NCBI GenBank assembly: GCA_013265495.1
Contig: MU061578.1
Span: forward strand, 2,489,308 to 2,553,307
Source: Vicugna vicugna
Lineage: Eukaryota
Reading direction: 5' to 3'
Length of the DNA: 64,000 bases
Both the position numbers and the translations under genes were made by a program. The notes beneath the pieces are model-generated. The model was not told the origin of the DNA. It saw only the letters and a program-made list of their open reading frames with translations, and ran no database searches. Of the stretch, positions 1 through 12,421 are shown piece after piece (the first letter of the stretch is position 1; each line of letters starts with the position of its first letter).

Positions 1-379
1 TCTTGGTGTGCCGTGATGCGGTTTTAAAGACATTTTCTTTATCTTTATCCACGAGGATCTGTTTATTCCTCAGTATTTAGAGTTTCATTTTATTTTGTTT
101 GTTTAAGAAATCAAGACCTAGTCTTGCCAGGCTCGGCTGTAACTAATGGCAGACATCGGGCAATGAAAAGAAAGAGTCTTCTATAAAAATCTCGTTTATA
201 GCATTCATCTAGATAGCCTCATATAACAGTCCCTTGAAAAGCAATGTATGTGCTGCCCTGAGAAAATCCATTCTGCAGAATGTGTGATCCTGGAAAGGTA
301 AGGTGTCCATTGAACCTATAAAAATCAAAATCAATCTTATTTTCTCCACCACTCTTTTCTGAATTATAAATGAAGAAAG

Positions 380-1000
380 CCCCTACTATTCACCAAACTC
401 ACCCCTGAAAAAAGCAGTATGAATTTGACATGTATCCTTCTGGTCTTTTTCCTAAATATGTACAAATATATACACCTATATATACATTATTTAGATACAG
501 ACAACATATACTTTTAATTTTTAAAAATGGGTTGGAGTTATAGATTTTGATCTGCACACTTGCTTTCTATAAACTTAACAATAGAGTGTGAATGTCTTTT
601 CCAGATAATTCATGTGGAATTGGGTTTCTCAGCTTCAGCTCTGTTGAAAGCTGACAGTTTAGACTGGATGCTTCTTTGTTGTGGGGGGCTGTCTTGTGCA
701 CTGAAGGAAACTTGTAACACTCTGGCCTCTACCCACTAAATGCCAGACCCACATCCTCTCCCCCAATTGTGACAACCAAAAATGTCTCCAGACACAGCCA
801 AGGGTCCCCTGAGGAACCAGTTAAGAACCTTTGCTGTGGAGTCACCTCTTCCTTTTGTTAACAGCTGAAATTCCACAGAACTCCATAGAATCCCATACTC
901 TGGACACACCATAACTTATTTAACTATTCTGCTATTCATCAACATTCTATATCTATTTTAAATGCATCAGAGGAACTTGATATTTAAAAAATATATATTG
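380..1000 (-). mobile_element. Ancient L1 (L1M-type) 3' fragment, split by MER20
   Basis: AT-rich antisense L1 3'-end-like text flanking MER20 (gtgtgaatgtctttt...; acaccataacttatttaactattctgctatt). Confidence 0.45.
621..833 (-). mobile_element. MER20 hAT-Charlie MITE
   Basis: Diagnostic tctggcctctacccacta and gtgacaaccaaaaatgtctccagaca; gggtttctc...agaacc termini; degenerate 8-bp TSD atgtggaa/ctgtggag. Confidence 0.9.
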
Positions 1001-2944
1001 CGTATTCCTGCAGAAAGAGTCATTTTACTTTATCCTTCTCATAAAATTCGAATGATTGTGCATCTGCTCTTTTTTAAAAACAGACAGGTACTTTGGGGGC
1101 ATTAGGCAGCTTTATGCACTTCTTTTATGTTTGTTCCTATGACGTGGGCGTTGACAGAATTCCGCCTTATGTCAGGAAGAAATGGGTGATCTTCCGTGCT
1201 GTGAGAGCGTGGGGAGGTGGCACTCTCTTCCACACTGGTCGGGGCAGAGATCGGTACCACCCTGCTGGTGGGCAGGCAATCAGGCAAAACAGATCAAGAG
1301 CCATCACCCTGTCTGACTATCTATTTCTTGTTCAGTAAAATTAGGTGGACAGCTACAGTCTCCCCTCCCCTTCTCTTTAGGCTGGATGAACTCAGTAAAG
1401 CTGGATGGCTCTCAAAGATAAATGCCTGGCCCTTCTCAGAAAGACAATTAATGAGCTCAGAGGCTGCTTAAATGGAGATGAAATGTGAGATTAACAGACG
1501 CAAGGCCATCTATCCACCCTGCCAACAGACTACCTCCTCCTTGCTGTGCTGTTTCATTAGACACCGCCAAGGAAACCCACCAAATGCACTGTGGCTATCA
1601 GGTCTATTTTTGAGATAATTACAAGGCTCCGGCCTGGATCCACTTAAAGGCAGAAATATGGGACAGAGAAGGATTAAGGTGAACTCTACCCCTTTCTCCT
1701 CTGCTGAAAATGCCCCAACAGGCTTTAAAGGGAAGAGAAAACTGCATGAAACTTTCATCAGAGCCTGGTGGGTTGCTGCAGGAACTGTGGGTCACAAAGT
1801 TCTAATTCTGAACAGTGCCCAATACAGTAGTGAGACACCGGCCCTCCCTGCAGGCTGGCCTCCTCACCCACCCGCTCTGCTCTCCACAACTGGGAACACA
1901 AGTGCCTTAAGGGGAAGGAAGTAGTGTGGAGTGAGGGACAGAAGGAAAGAGGGGGAAGGAGTGGCAGATCTCAGTGCAGGGCAGGGTCTTGTGTCTCTAA
2001 TCATCACACCATTGCACTCTCTGGAAGCTCAAATGTTGCTACTCTACACGCCACTCTTAAAAATTGGATCTGTCCTCTGCTCCCATGACCTTGTAAACAG
2101 GAAGACCACAACAGGGTGATGTCACCTCTGGGCCAGCTTTCTCGTGCCCTCTCCAGCCTGCAATCTCCTAGAAGGCACAGTGAGAATGCAAAACTGGAGG
2201 AAAGGACCCAGCTTGCCTGCAGTTTCTCCGTCCTTCTACCCAACGGAGAAGAGATGAGAAAGATGAGTATTTCCACAGACACTCCTTTCCCTGTCATCCA
2301 TTTTGCGCGCAGAATTTCCACCGTGACATCTGAGCGTGACCCTCACTCCCCACCCTGATGACAAGTACAGTGACACCAGGACATCAAGCAACAACATTCA
2401 TAGTAGCTGCTGCACGATGCCCAAGCAGGTGATGCACTTGGCTCCTGCAACGGGATTAGAACCTGGATTAATCTTTATGCTTTTCCTTGGTGTCCTTCCT
2501 TATATAAAACTTTCCATCAATCAGAGGCCTCCTCCTTGCCTCCAGGAGGATTAGGATTACTTTAGCAGAAGCGAAAAGAGAATGAAACAGCGTACAGTCT
2601 TTTTGATATCCAAAGGCAATTGCCAAGCCAATGCTTACAGAACAATCTGGCCCTTTGAGGGAGATCATGGAACCCAGGGTGAGAAACCCAGTCACTATCT
2701 GGAAAGAGCCTTCCACAAACATCCGCCCAAAGATTGCAGATGGTCCAGAAGAGCCAGTCCTCATGCCCCGAGCCTTTGCAGAGCCCCAACAAAACCTCTC
2801 TGTGTGCCCCCTCCTTTCCAGGGGAGCCCCTCCTTTTTCAAAGGAGACTTACAGGCCCCTCAAAGACAGGGGGTAGGGAAGAGAGGTTATACTGGTGTAG
2901 ACAAAATAGTGGTGAACTCCCCCCATCATACATGATTTAAAACA

Positions 2945-3105
2945 TTTTGTCCTCACAAAAAGACCACAAGAAGGGTGAATATTATTATATCAGCCTGTCA
3001 CAGATCATGAAAACAGAGAAGTAAATATCTCAGGGTCCCAGGAGTCAGTGAGTTGGTACTCAAACCTGCTTTGTTTGATTCTAATCCCAGGACCTCTCTT
3101 GTTCC
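2945..3105 (-). mobile_element. MIR SINE fragment
   Basis: Degenerate antisense MIR core (cagatcatgaaaacagag...ctcaaacctg...gattctaatccc). Confidence 0.5.
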
Positions 3106-3274
3106 CTAATTCTTTCGTGTAAATGGAAGATCATGCTTGGCATTGTCCAGAAGGACACACACTTGCCCTCAGGTAACTTCCAAGTGACTTGGGGAGGCAA
3201 AACTCAAATATTTAAGCAGAAGTGGAATATTGTAGCAAGCAAGGAACAGAACACTCCAGGTGAGGGAAGGAAGC

Positions 3275-4100
3275 CTGTTGGCTGGGTCTTCTGGAAAGCA
3301 GACACCGAGGTGGAGTTAGCCATGCAAAAGGTTTACTGGGGAGTAACACCAGAGCTGGGGGTTGAGAAGTATTCCCCCAAGAAATGTTCAAGTCCTAACC
3401 CCCAGAACCTGTGCATGTGACCTTATTTGGGAAAACGGTCTCTGTAGATGTAATCTGTAATCAACGTAAGATGAGGTCACATTGGATTAGGGGCCCTAAA
3501 TCCAAAGATAGTGTTCTTGAGAGAGAAGAGTAAAGGAAGATTTGAGACACAGCAAACACAGAGAAGAGGGCAATATAAAGACAGAGGCAGAGACGAGAGT
3601 GATGCAGCCACAAGCCGAGGAACGCCTGGAATCCCGAGAAGCTGAAAGAAGCAGGAGGGATCCTCTCTTAGAGCCCTTGAAGGCGCCCTTGATTTTGGAC
3701 TTCTGGCCTCCAGAACTGTGAAAGGATACACTTCTTTCATTTTAAGTCACTCTGTTCATGATCATTTTTTTTACAGCAGCCACAGGACACTGATATGGGC
3801 TGTGAAAGAAGAAAGGAGACAGGATTGGATTGGGGAGCCATCAGGCAGGGATGGGGACTTGATAGTTTCTGGCTACTCACTAGGGACTCCAGAGCCGAGT
3901 ACCCATTAAAGGAGTCCTGCATTGAGCAGAAACGGCCAGGCCCTGGGACCACAGTCTTGCAGTCACTGGCCAAGGGCCAACCTGAGAAAAACAGGGCAGC
4001 TCAAGGACTGAGGAGGGTCCAAGGCATTAACAGCTGGAGGCTGTTGTCTGCCCACACCATTCATCGCTGGGCTACCAGTTCCTTCTTGGAGGGAGACTTC
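3275..4100 (-). mobile_element. ERVL LTR16-family LTR, interrupted by MLT1C
   Basis: Starts with antisense LTR16-type 3' end (ggctgggtcttctggaaagcagacaccgag...gtttactggggag) and resumes after 3797. Confidence 0.6.
3352..3796 (+). mobile_element. MaLR solo LTR, MLT1C-like
   Basis: gtcctaacccccagaacctgtgcatgtgaccttatttgg...ttggacttctggcctccagaactgtga...ttacagcagccacaggacactgata. Confidence 0.9.
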
Positions 4101-4237
4101 TGTGTCGGCCAAAGCATGGACACAGGAAGAAAAGGATCGAAGTTCCACCTCACTGTTAAACCTCACAGTGTGCAACCCTACAAATAGAGAACCCTCAACT
4201 TGGAAGGAGTCATTACTTGTCCTGTCACCTGGCTGCC

Positions 4238-5030
4238 TCATTCATTCATTGATTCATTTACTCATTCATTCACTCTACCACTATTTCCTGGGGCCTCCTG
4301 TGTCCCGGCACTGTGCTCAGTGAACTGGCAATACAGAGTGAGCAGGTAGTGGCTTCTGAACTCTGGGGCTTGCGTCTTAGTTAGGGGGATAGAGCAGCCT
4401 AAAAGGTGCCTTAAGGTGAAGGTGGAGGGATGGGTGGGCACAACATCAAAGAAGTATTGGGATCCAGCATAAGTTAGGAGACTGGAGTCTTTCCAAGTGC
4501 AATGGGAAGTCACTGAACATGATAGCAGGAAGGAACAAGGTCACTATTATTCTCACATTGACAACGGTTTGGATCGAGCAAGAACAGAAATAGCTTAATC
4601 GGTTGGGAGGCAACTGTGGTTTCCACAAAAGGTGACGGAAGTGTGAATTAGGCTGATGGTGGAGGAAATGGAGGAAAGGAGATGGACTGAAGAAATATTT
4701 TGGAGTGAGAATCAAGAGGATTACTGGTGTGTGCGTGCGTGTGTGTGTATGGGTGTGTTATGGGCCAGGAGAATGGGAGAGTACCACAACCTCTTATTTC
4801 CTGACTTGCATATCTGATGCAAAGTGATGAGTGATGTTAATTATTGAGCTGGGGAATATTTGGGAAGGAAAAATTTGAGGGAGAGTAAGACACGTGACAA
4901 GTGGACACATGACATTTGAGATGTCCTTGAGACATCCACTTAGAATGGTTGAGAAAGCAGCTGGACATATCAGCGTGGGGTTCAGACAAGACATCTGAAC
5001 TGAAGTATGAATTTGGGGATCTGAGGGACC
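4238..5030 (-). mobile_element. L2 LINE 3' region
   Basis: (CATT)n tail followed by antisense L2 (ggcactgtgctc...tttgagatgtccttgagacatcca...gcagctggacatat). Confidence 0.8.
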
Positions 5031-5599
5031 CTACCAGTTGGTCTAGCAAAGTGCTAACATTTCTTTCTCTATGTCAGAATTTACTTGGGGTCCCATCAGC
5101 CCCACCACATTGCATGGGAATGTGATGAAGCCTTGGGACCCACCTGAATAGGTAAGCTGTATCTGTCTTGCAGGTGGGACAGGGAACAGCTGGTTAGAGA
5201 TGTGGATGAGGTCCTTAACTGAGGGACAAGGTCCTTCCTGAAGACCCAGGGCCATATCTGACCTAGACTCCCATGTCTGTATGTGGCCTCTGAGCACTGG
5301 TGCACAACAGATCATATGACAGTCTTGCTTACCATGGGCAAATCCAGTCACCAGGAGAAGATGATGTTGACCAGGTACTCTGAACAAGTCACCAAGAGGT
5401 CAGGGCATGGTAAGTACTGGAAGCCAGAGAACCCCCTTCAGTACCATAGCCTACCCTGGCTCTTCTGAGACACAAGAAAAGGGGTATACCACATGAGCAA
5501 AGAGTGTTTCAGACTATGGAAGCATCTTGGTGAAGGGGAAAGGCTGGGATATTAAAAGCCAAGTGTTCCTGGATTCTGCCACTGGGCTATGAGATCCAT

Positions 5600-5768
5600 C
5601 AGCATAGGGATTATATCTGCCTTGTTCATCCCTGTATTCCCAGACCTGGCTCTTCCTGGTACCCATCAGTATCTCACTAAGAACCAGTAAGGTGGATGGA
5701 TGTATTGATGGATGATGGATGGGTGGATGATAGATGGATGGATGGATGGATGGGTGGATAGGTGGGTC
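5600..5768 (+). mobile_element. L2 3' end with expanded (TGGA)n tail
   Basis: tatctgccttgttcatccctgtattcccagacctggc followed by a ggat/tgga microsatellite at ~5691-5766. Confidence 0.75.
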
Positions 5769-5879
5769 TAAATTATATCATGTTCCCCTGTCGTTAGGAA
5801 TAAAGACAGCCAAAATTTAAAATTCCTTAAAAACCATATGTCCATTTTGATTAATAGCAACTTGAAAGCTCCTCCCTCA

Positions 5880-6105
5880 AGAAGCAGTAGAGGATCATAG
5901 TTAAGAATGTGAGTCATACTGCCTATGACAGCCCCACCAAGCCTATGAGGCCTTGTGCACATCTCCCAACCTCTTTGAGACTCACCTGTGTAAGGTAGAA
6001 TAATAATTGTACCTGTTTCATTGGTCTCTAATACAATGAAATGAGATACTCCATGCAAATCCCTTAGGACAAAGTTTGGCACATAATAAGTGCACAATAA
6101 ATCAC
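5880..6105 (+). mobile_element. MIR SINE
   Basis: Degenerate core and 3' end (aatgaaatgagata...ggcacataataagtgcacaataaat). Confidence 0.7.
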
Positions 6106-6619
6106 ATATTCACCTTCCTCCTCTCCTTTCCTCTCTCCTCCTGCCATCAAACATCAACTCTCACTGTGTAGCACTGCCCTCCGGGACACACCACCCATCT
6201 GCAGGCCCCTGTAGCCTCTCGCCATTTCCCTTATCCCTGTGGACCCTAATAAATCAGTGATGCACACAGTTAGCACATGCTGGGCTGATTGTGCTGAAGC
6301 CTTTCTAATCCAACTCTAAGGAAGCACATCTAGCACTCAGTTTTAAAAATGCAATATATATTTAATGCAATATTAATATTTAACTCACTTAATGCAATAT
6401 TTAATTTGATACCTAATGCAAATAAAAATAGTAAACAGATTTATTAATGATTTACACAAGTGCTTGCCTATTCTGTTTTTAAAGCATTTTCCTGCCTGGA
6501 AGACAATTTTCTACCCCCCAGAAAGCAAATACAGGAGGGCTTCTGAGCTGGTTCTCATAAGTGGGTGAGGGTTGTCGTTTTGTGAGTGGGCCTGACCAAG
6601 AAGCAGCAACCATGGCTTT

Positions 6620-7600
6620 CATTATTCATATAGTTAATGAGAGCATACTATATGCTGGACACTGAGCTAAAATCTGGTGGAAAAGAGAAGGAGCCCCATT
6701 CTCATAGAGATCACTATTCAATGAAAAGTACAATAAAATTCTGTGACAACTAAAGCAAGTACCAGGAAGGGAATCCACACAGATAGACACGCTGAGCACT
6801 AGAAGGGCACCCAACCCAGGCTTGGGTGGGGGATAGTCAGGGAAGGCTTCTTGGAGGAAGCAATGTATGAACTGAGATAACTTGGGGAAAGGGAAGAAGA
6901 GCATTCTAGGCAGAGGGAAGAGCTGACTTGACAGCTGCTGGAGACTGAATGTTTGTGTGTGCCACCAAAATTCACATGTGGATGACTCAGTCCCCAGTGT
7001 GGTGGTATTAAAAGGTGGGCCTTTGGGAGGTGATGAAGTAATAAAAGTAGAGCCCTTGAGAATGGGATTAGGGCACATATAGCAAGAGACATGAGGTGGT
7101 GTATCTCTTCACCATCTGAGGACACAGTGAGAAAGACGCTGTCTGCAAGCTGGGAGGAGAGGCCTCCCCAGGAATCTTGGGCTTGATCTTGGGCTTCTAG
7201 CCTTCAGAACTGTGAGAGATACATGTCTATTGTTTAAGCCACGTAGTATATGGTAGTTTGTTATGGTAGCCCAAGCTGAATAGGACAAAGATCTTCAGAG
7301 ACAGAGAAGTTCAGCACTAATGAAGAATAGAAGTAGGGGTGGCATAAGGTGAGAAGGGGGTTGGACGTTATTCCAAGGATAATGAGATTTTCACATTGGA
7401 ATGATCAGGGCTGCACTTTAGAAGGAACACTGTGACCGGAAGACAGTTCCACAGCCAGTATCTATTAAAGTTTTGAAAGTAGAGAAGTGTCGATGGAAAT
7501 GGAAAGAGAGTAGATTCAAGAAATATTTAGGATACTGAATTGACAGGTCTTGATGAGGGGATGTGGCAGGTGAGAAAGAAGCACAGAGAAAAGTATGTGG
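6620..7600 (-). mobile_element. L2 fragment, interrupted by MLT1A
   Basis: gtcagggaaggcttcttggaggaag...gcattctaggcagagggaa; resumes after 7288 (gattcaagaaatatttag). Confidence 0.7.
6936..7287 (+). mobile_element. MaLR solo LTR, MLT1A/MLT1A0-like
   Basis: tgctggagactgaatgtttgtg...ggcctttgggaggtgat...cttctagccttcagaactgtgaga...ttgttatggtagcccaagctgaataggaca. Confidence 0.9.
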
Positions 7601-9025
7601 GTTTTTAACATGAACAACTGGGTGGATGCATTAAATAAATGATGTTAGTCACCACTGTCATTGTCATCACTACTGTCATCATCATTACTGAGGACATCTT
7701 GTTGCCACCCTTGGGGACTACACAGAATAAGTCTATTTCTATTTCCATGGCACAACTTTTCAGATCTGTTCCCCAAAGTAAATGTGACCCATGGAAGGTG
7801 CCAAGTGTGATCATAGGCAAAGTGGGCTTCATTTGGTTTCATCCTACATGAGCCAAACAACCCAACACAGTGTTGATATAACCTATCTGTCCAACAATAG
7901 GGGACTGGTTAAGTGAAGTTTAGCACAGCCGTGCACTTGAATATCACATAACCTCTAGAAACCATGCTCCAGTGCTATATTTAATGACATGAAGAAATAG
8001 GTTTATGCACTGTAGTTATTTAAAGTTTCAGGATACCTAGACTAATCTGCTAATTTTAAGCACATGATTTTTTTTATGATATATGTTTTTAATGATATAT
8101 GTCACACTATTAACATTAGGCATCTGTTAATTTTTCACTTGGTTTATATTTTTCTATATCTTACATTTTTCCCACCGTGCACATGCATTGCTTTGGCATT
8201 CATAACATTGTAAAAGTAAACAAAACTCACAAAATTCAATTTAATCCAAACAATACCTAGTAAAAACACTAGAAGCCTTGGGTTAAAGCTATGAATTGTC
8301 CTCCCTAAGCTGAGGGACAAAGTCAAAGGCAAATTATGTTCCAAGGCCAATAGCTTTTATTTCAAGGACTTATTTCTCAAGACCAGGGCTCTCTGGCCAG
8401 GCACTCTTCACCCCCATCTCCCTTCTCTTTACCATAGCTATATCATACCATTGTCATAGCCGTATCACCATCTTTCTATCATCACATCAAGAGAATGAGC
8501 AAAAAAATGTAAACAAATACCAAAGGACTGCCTTTCTGTGTTATTGAAAATCAAATGTGGGGAGAATAAAAGAGGAAGTAGTGGATCTTTCTCTGTGGGA
8601 GAAGAGGATCCAGTTGAATAAAACATTTATAGGAACCTAAAGAAGGGAAGAGAAATACTGAAAACTTATCTAGTCATTTTGGGTAAGAATGAAAGAGAGA
8701 ATCCTAAATATTCTCCAAAGCCTGCTTCTTGTTGTAACCTGGTCCTAGATCATTTGATGTGCCTCCCATCAAGAAGGGAGGTCTGTGTCTCTTCCCTCAA
8801 ACTTGGGTGGGCTTAGACTGTTTCAACCAATATGGTATGGCACAAGTGATGCTATGTGACTTCTGAAGCCAGATCCTAAAAGGCCACATAGTATCGTGGA
8901 AAATTCATTCTCTGGGCACTCCCTCTTGACATGGTTCCTTTCAAAATCCAGCCATCATGTGATGAGAAGCCCAAGTCACACAGGTGAGTCCCATGGAAGC
9001 ACTCTGTTCAAGAATCCTAGCCAAG

Positions 9026-9888
9026 GGGAGGATGTGGAGAAAAAGGAACTTTCTTATACTGTTGGTGGGAATGTAAATTGGTGCAGCCACTATGTAAAAA
9101 GTTATAGAGGTTCTCTTAAAAACTGATAGAATTACCATATGATGCAATCCGGTAATCTCACCAGAAAAGACAAAAATTCTAATTTAAAAAAATGTAGGTA
9201 CCCCCATGTTCATAGCAGCATTATTTACAATAGCCAAGACATGGAACCAACCTAAGTGTCCATCAACAGATGAGTGGGTAAAGAAAATATGATATATATA
9301 TATCACATTTATATATGTAATATATAATACCAAAGGACTACCTTTCTGTGTTGTTGAAAATCAAATGATACAATATATATAATACAATATATAATATGTA
9401 TACACATATACATATAATGGAATATTACTCAGCCATAAAAAGAATGAAATATTGCCATTTGCAGCAAATGGATAGACCTAGATGTTATCATACCAAGTAA
9501 AGTCAGAGAGAGAAAGACAAATATTATATAACATCACTTATATGTAGAATCTAAAAAATAATACAAATGAATTTATAGACAAAACAGAAACAGACTCACA
9601 GACATAGAAAACAAACTATGGTTACCAAAGGGGAAAGGGAAGAGGGAGAGGACTTAAATAGTAGTACGGGATTAATAGGTACACACTACTCAATATAAAA
9701 TAGATAAGCAACAAGGATTTATTTAGTGTAGAACACAGTGAACAATATCCAACATCTTGTAATAACCTATAATAGAAAATAATCTGAAAAAATTTATACA
9801 TACATATATATATATAACTGAATCACTTTGCTGTACACCTGAAACTAACACAATATTGTAAATCAACTCTACTTCAATTTTTTAAAAA
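9026..9888 (+). mobile_element. 5'-truncated L1 (ORF2 C-terminal remnant + 3'UTR), cetartiodactyl type
   Basis: atgttcatagcagcattatttacaatagccaagacatgg; 3' end aatcactttgctgtacacctgaaactaacacaatattgtaaatc; 16-bp TSD aagaatcctagccaag (9010-9025) / aaggatcctagccaag (9889-9904). Confidence 0.95.
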
Positions 9889-10683
9889 AAGGATCCTAGC
9901 CAAGCCCAGCCTTTCAATCATCCCAGCCCAGGCACCAGACACATCAGGAAAGAAGTCTCCAGTGGGTGATACAGCCTCAGGGTTTATGAGTCACCCGCAG
10001 CCATCTGAGTCTCCCTAGCTGAGACCTCACATATTAGAGGGTGGAGATAAGTTAGGCCCTGTCCAAATTCCAGGACCCACAGAATCAACAAACACAATAA
10101 CATTATCATCTTACCATGCTGCTAAGTTTGGGGTGATTTAGTAGAGAGCAACAGATACCTGGAGCAGAAGTTGGCTCCTAGAGGTGGGGTGCTACTGAAT
10201 CAAAACCCAAATCACATGGCATTCACTTGGAGGTCATGTGACAGGTCTCGAAGAAACAGTGATGAGGGCAAAAAGGAAAACTTCACTGGAAGCTGGGGAA
10301 AGGGGGGTTCCTTGTTTTGTAGTGGAAGAAAGTGTGACAACAGTGCTGGCTGCAATAATTTGGAAACCAGAAATGTACTGAATGAACCCAGGGATGCATC
10401 CAAGGAGATTTCCAGAGTACTGAAGGTGTCACCTGGCTTTTTCTAGATGCCCACATTAAACTAGGCAAGGACAGCGTTCAATTAAAGAATAAGTGATACC
10501 ATTTGGGGGTAAAGTTGGGAGTAAATACAAAAAGCCCAGGACAAACTTTCCAGCCAGCAAAGGGTACTCAAAGTAAGAAAGGACACAGATCAATTCCAGA
10601 TTGTTATCAGAACATAACACTTGTTTCAGAGTAAAGACAAAGCCAATAGTGACTAAAATCCATTTGTTAAAATCTCAGAAATA

Positions 10684-10908
10684 CCAAAGAGGAGAAGGAA
10701 AGAGGGAGGGACAAGTTAGAGGTATGGGAATATTACAAACTGCTACATGTAAAATAGATAAGCAACAAGGATTTACTGTATAGGACAGATAATTATAGCC
10801 ATTATCTTGATAGAACCTATAATAGAGTATAACCTGAAAAATACTTAATCACTATGCTATACACCTGAAGCTAACACAATATTGTAAATCAAATATACTT
10901 CAATTTTT
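10684..10908 (+). mobile_element. Short 5'-truncated L1 3' end inside the MaLR internal region
   Basis: Same 3' end family as 9026-9888; perfect TSD aaaatctcagaaata at 10669-10683 and 10909-10923, TT/AAAA target site. Confidence 0.95.
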
Positions 10909-11807
10909 AAAATCTCAGAAATATTTAAGGTGGTGCTTCCTAGACCACTTCAGTCAGACAAAATCTGTTCTGAGAATCTTAAGGAGGTACTTGAAGACAA
11001 TAGGTTTTCTAAGGATATTAGCATGCTACCCCACAGAAACCCCTCAAGGGATCCAAGTACAGAAGAACTTATCTCAAAGAGATCTGTGTGTGTAGCTTTG
11101 GTCAAATGATCATAATAAATAATGAATTACGTGTAAGAAATCCACAAAGTTTTTAAAGTAATTAAACCAGCTTGGACTAAAAAGAACTGAAACTGAACTA
11201 ATAAAAGGGGTCCTTTGGATCTCCAAACTTCTACAGACAGAAAGTAAGTTGAGAAATCTAGTCAGCTGCACGTACAGGCTATTTCTTATGGGGGTAAAAG
11301 AAGGTGACTCCAAGGTCAGAACCAAGATCTCAAAGGACAGAGCCAAAAGCCATAAAAATCATTCCCAGAGATCTGTTTTGAACCTTAATAAAGAAATGGG
11401 CCTTATATACCAACCTGAATTTCAGAATTACCATGGGCTATGTTTTTCCCTTTTTTGAATGAGAATTTTTGTTACAGTTATCCTACACCTGTCTCATCTT
11501 TGCATGTTGGGTATGGGAGGGAGCAGATAACTTGTCTTCAATTTACGGGTCTTCAGATCTAGAGGAACTATATCCAAGGAAACAAACTCAAGGATCCTCA
11601 TCCACCTCTAGATCTTAAATAAGGTTTATGAGATCCCTGGCCTCAAGTCAAGCTTGATGGTGTAATGGGAGATAATTTTAGCGGTCTAGGGAGAATCAAG
11701 GGTACTTTGCAGGCGAAATAAATGCAAATAATTTGTAGCCAGATAGCATACTGTGTTGATTTTAAAACCGTGGCCCCAAATCCTTTAACCCCCTATTGGG
11801 ATGTGGA

Positions 11808-12093
11808 TGCCATCTCTCCTGAGTCTCTAGCTTACTGGCTCACCCTGCAGATTTTCGACTTGCCAAGCTCCATAATTGTGTCAGCCAATCCCTTAAAATA
11901 AATGTCTGTCTCTGTAGTATATGTTCATGTCCAAAGGCCTCCTGCTGCAGAATTCCCTCTTGCTCGGTGCAGGTCTTTTGTTCTATCTTCAGCTGATTGG
12001 AATAGGCCCATCCACATTACAACAAGCAGTCTGCGGTACTCAAATTCCACCAATTTAAAGGTAAATGTCATCTAAAAATACCCTCCCAGGAAC
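11808..12093. mobile_element. Rearranged MLT2 (ERVL) LTR: two segments in opposite orientation
   Basis: ~11808-11915 matches in-window MLT2 34540-34640 in sense; ~11925-12093 matches 34347-34520 as reverse complement. Confidence 0.85.
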
Positions 12094-12385
12094 CTAAACT
12101 TCTGACCCACAGATTCTCTGAGTTTAATAAAATAATTGTTGTTTTAAGTTTATAAGTTTAGGGCAGATTGTTATACAGCAATGCAACGTTAGAACACCCC
12201 TTGACAGCAACTCCTCCGGAGGAAGTTGTGAAGGACTTTGGCCAGGCCACTCCGTACCTGAAACCCTGGAAGTGTGTGTTCACTCAGCGAGAACACTGCA
12301 TTTCACCCTAAGTCAGCGAGGACAAGGAACAAAATCCAAACTTCACGTAGAACCCAAGCTCCTCACACAGGATGGCATGGACCCG

Positions 12386-12421
12386 AGCCCACCTCTTCAG
12401 CCCACCTCTTCAGCCCACCTC
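12386..12421 (+). repeat. 13-bp tandem repeat (AGCCCACCTCTTC) x2.8
   Basis: agcccacctcttc agcccacctcttc agcccacctc, read directly. Confidence 0.9.

Larger units (their letters stand above)
8723..12196 (+). mobile_element. Near-complete MaLR provirus (MLT1H-like LTR - internal region - LTR)
   Basis: 5' LTR ~8723-10166 (split by L1); internal region begins gaagttggctcctagaggtggggtgctact; 3' LTR starts tgtgttgattttaaaaccgtggccccaaat (~11752) and ends ttatacagcaatgcaacgttagaaca. Confidence 0.8.

Noticed and set aside
279..297. Possible 19-nt plus-strand microexon (ctgcag|...GAAAG|gtaagg)
   Set aside because: Weak polypyrimidine tract, not frame-preserving, and no partner exons.
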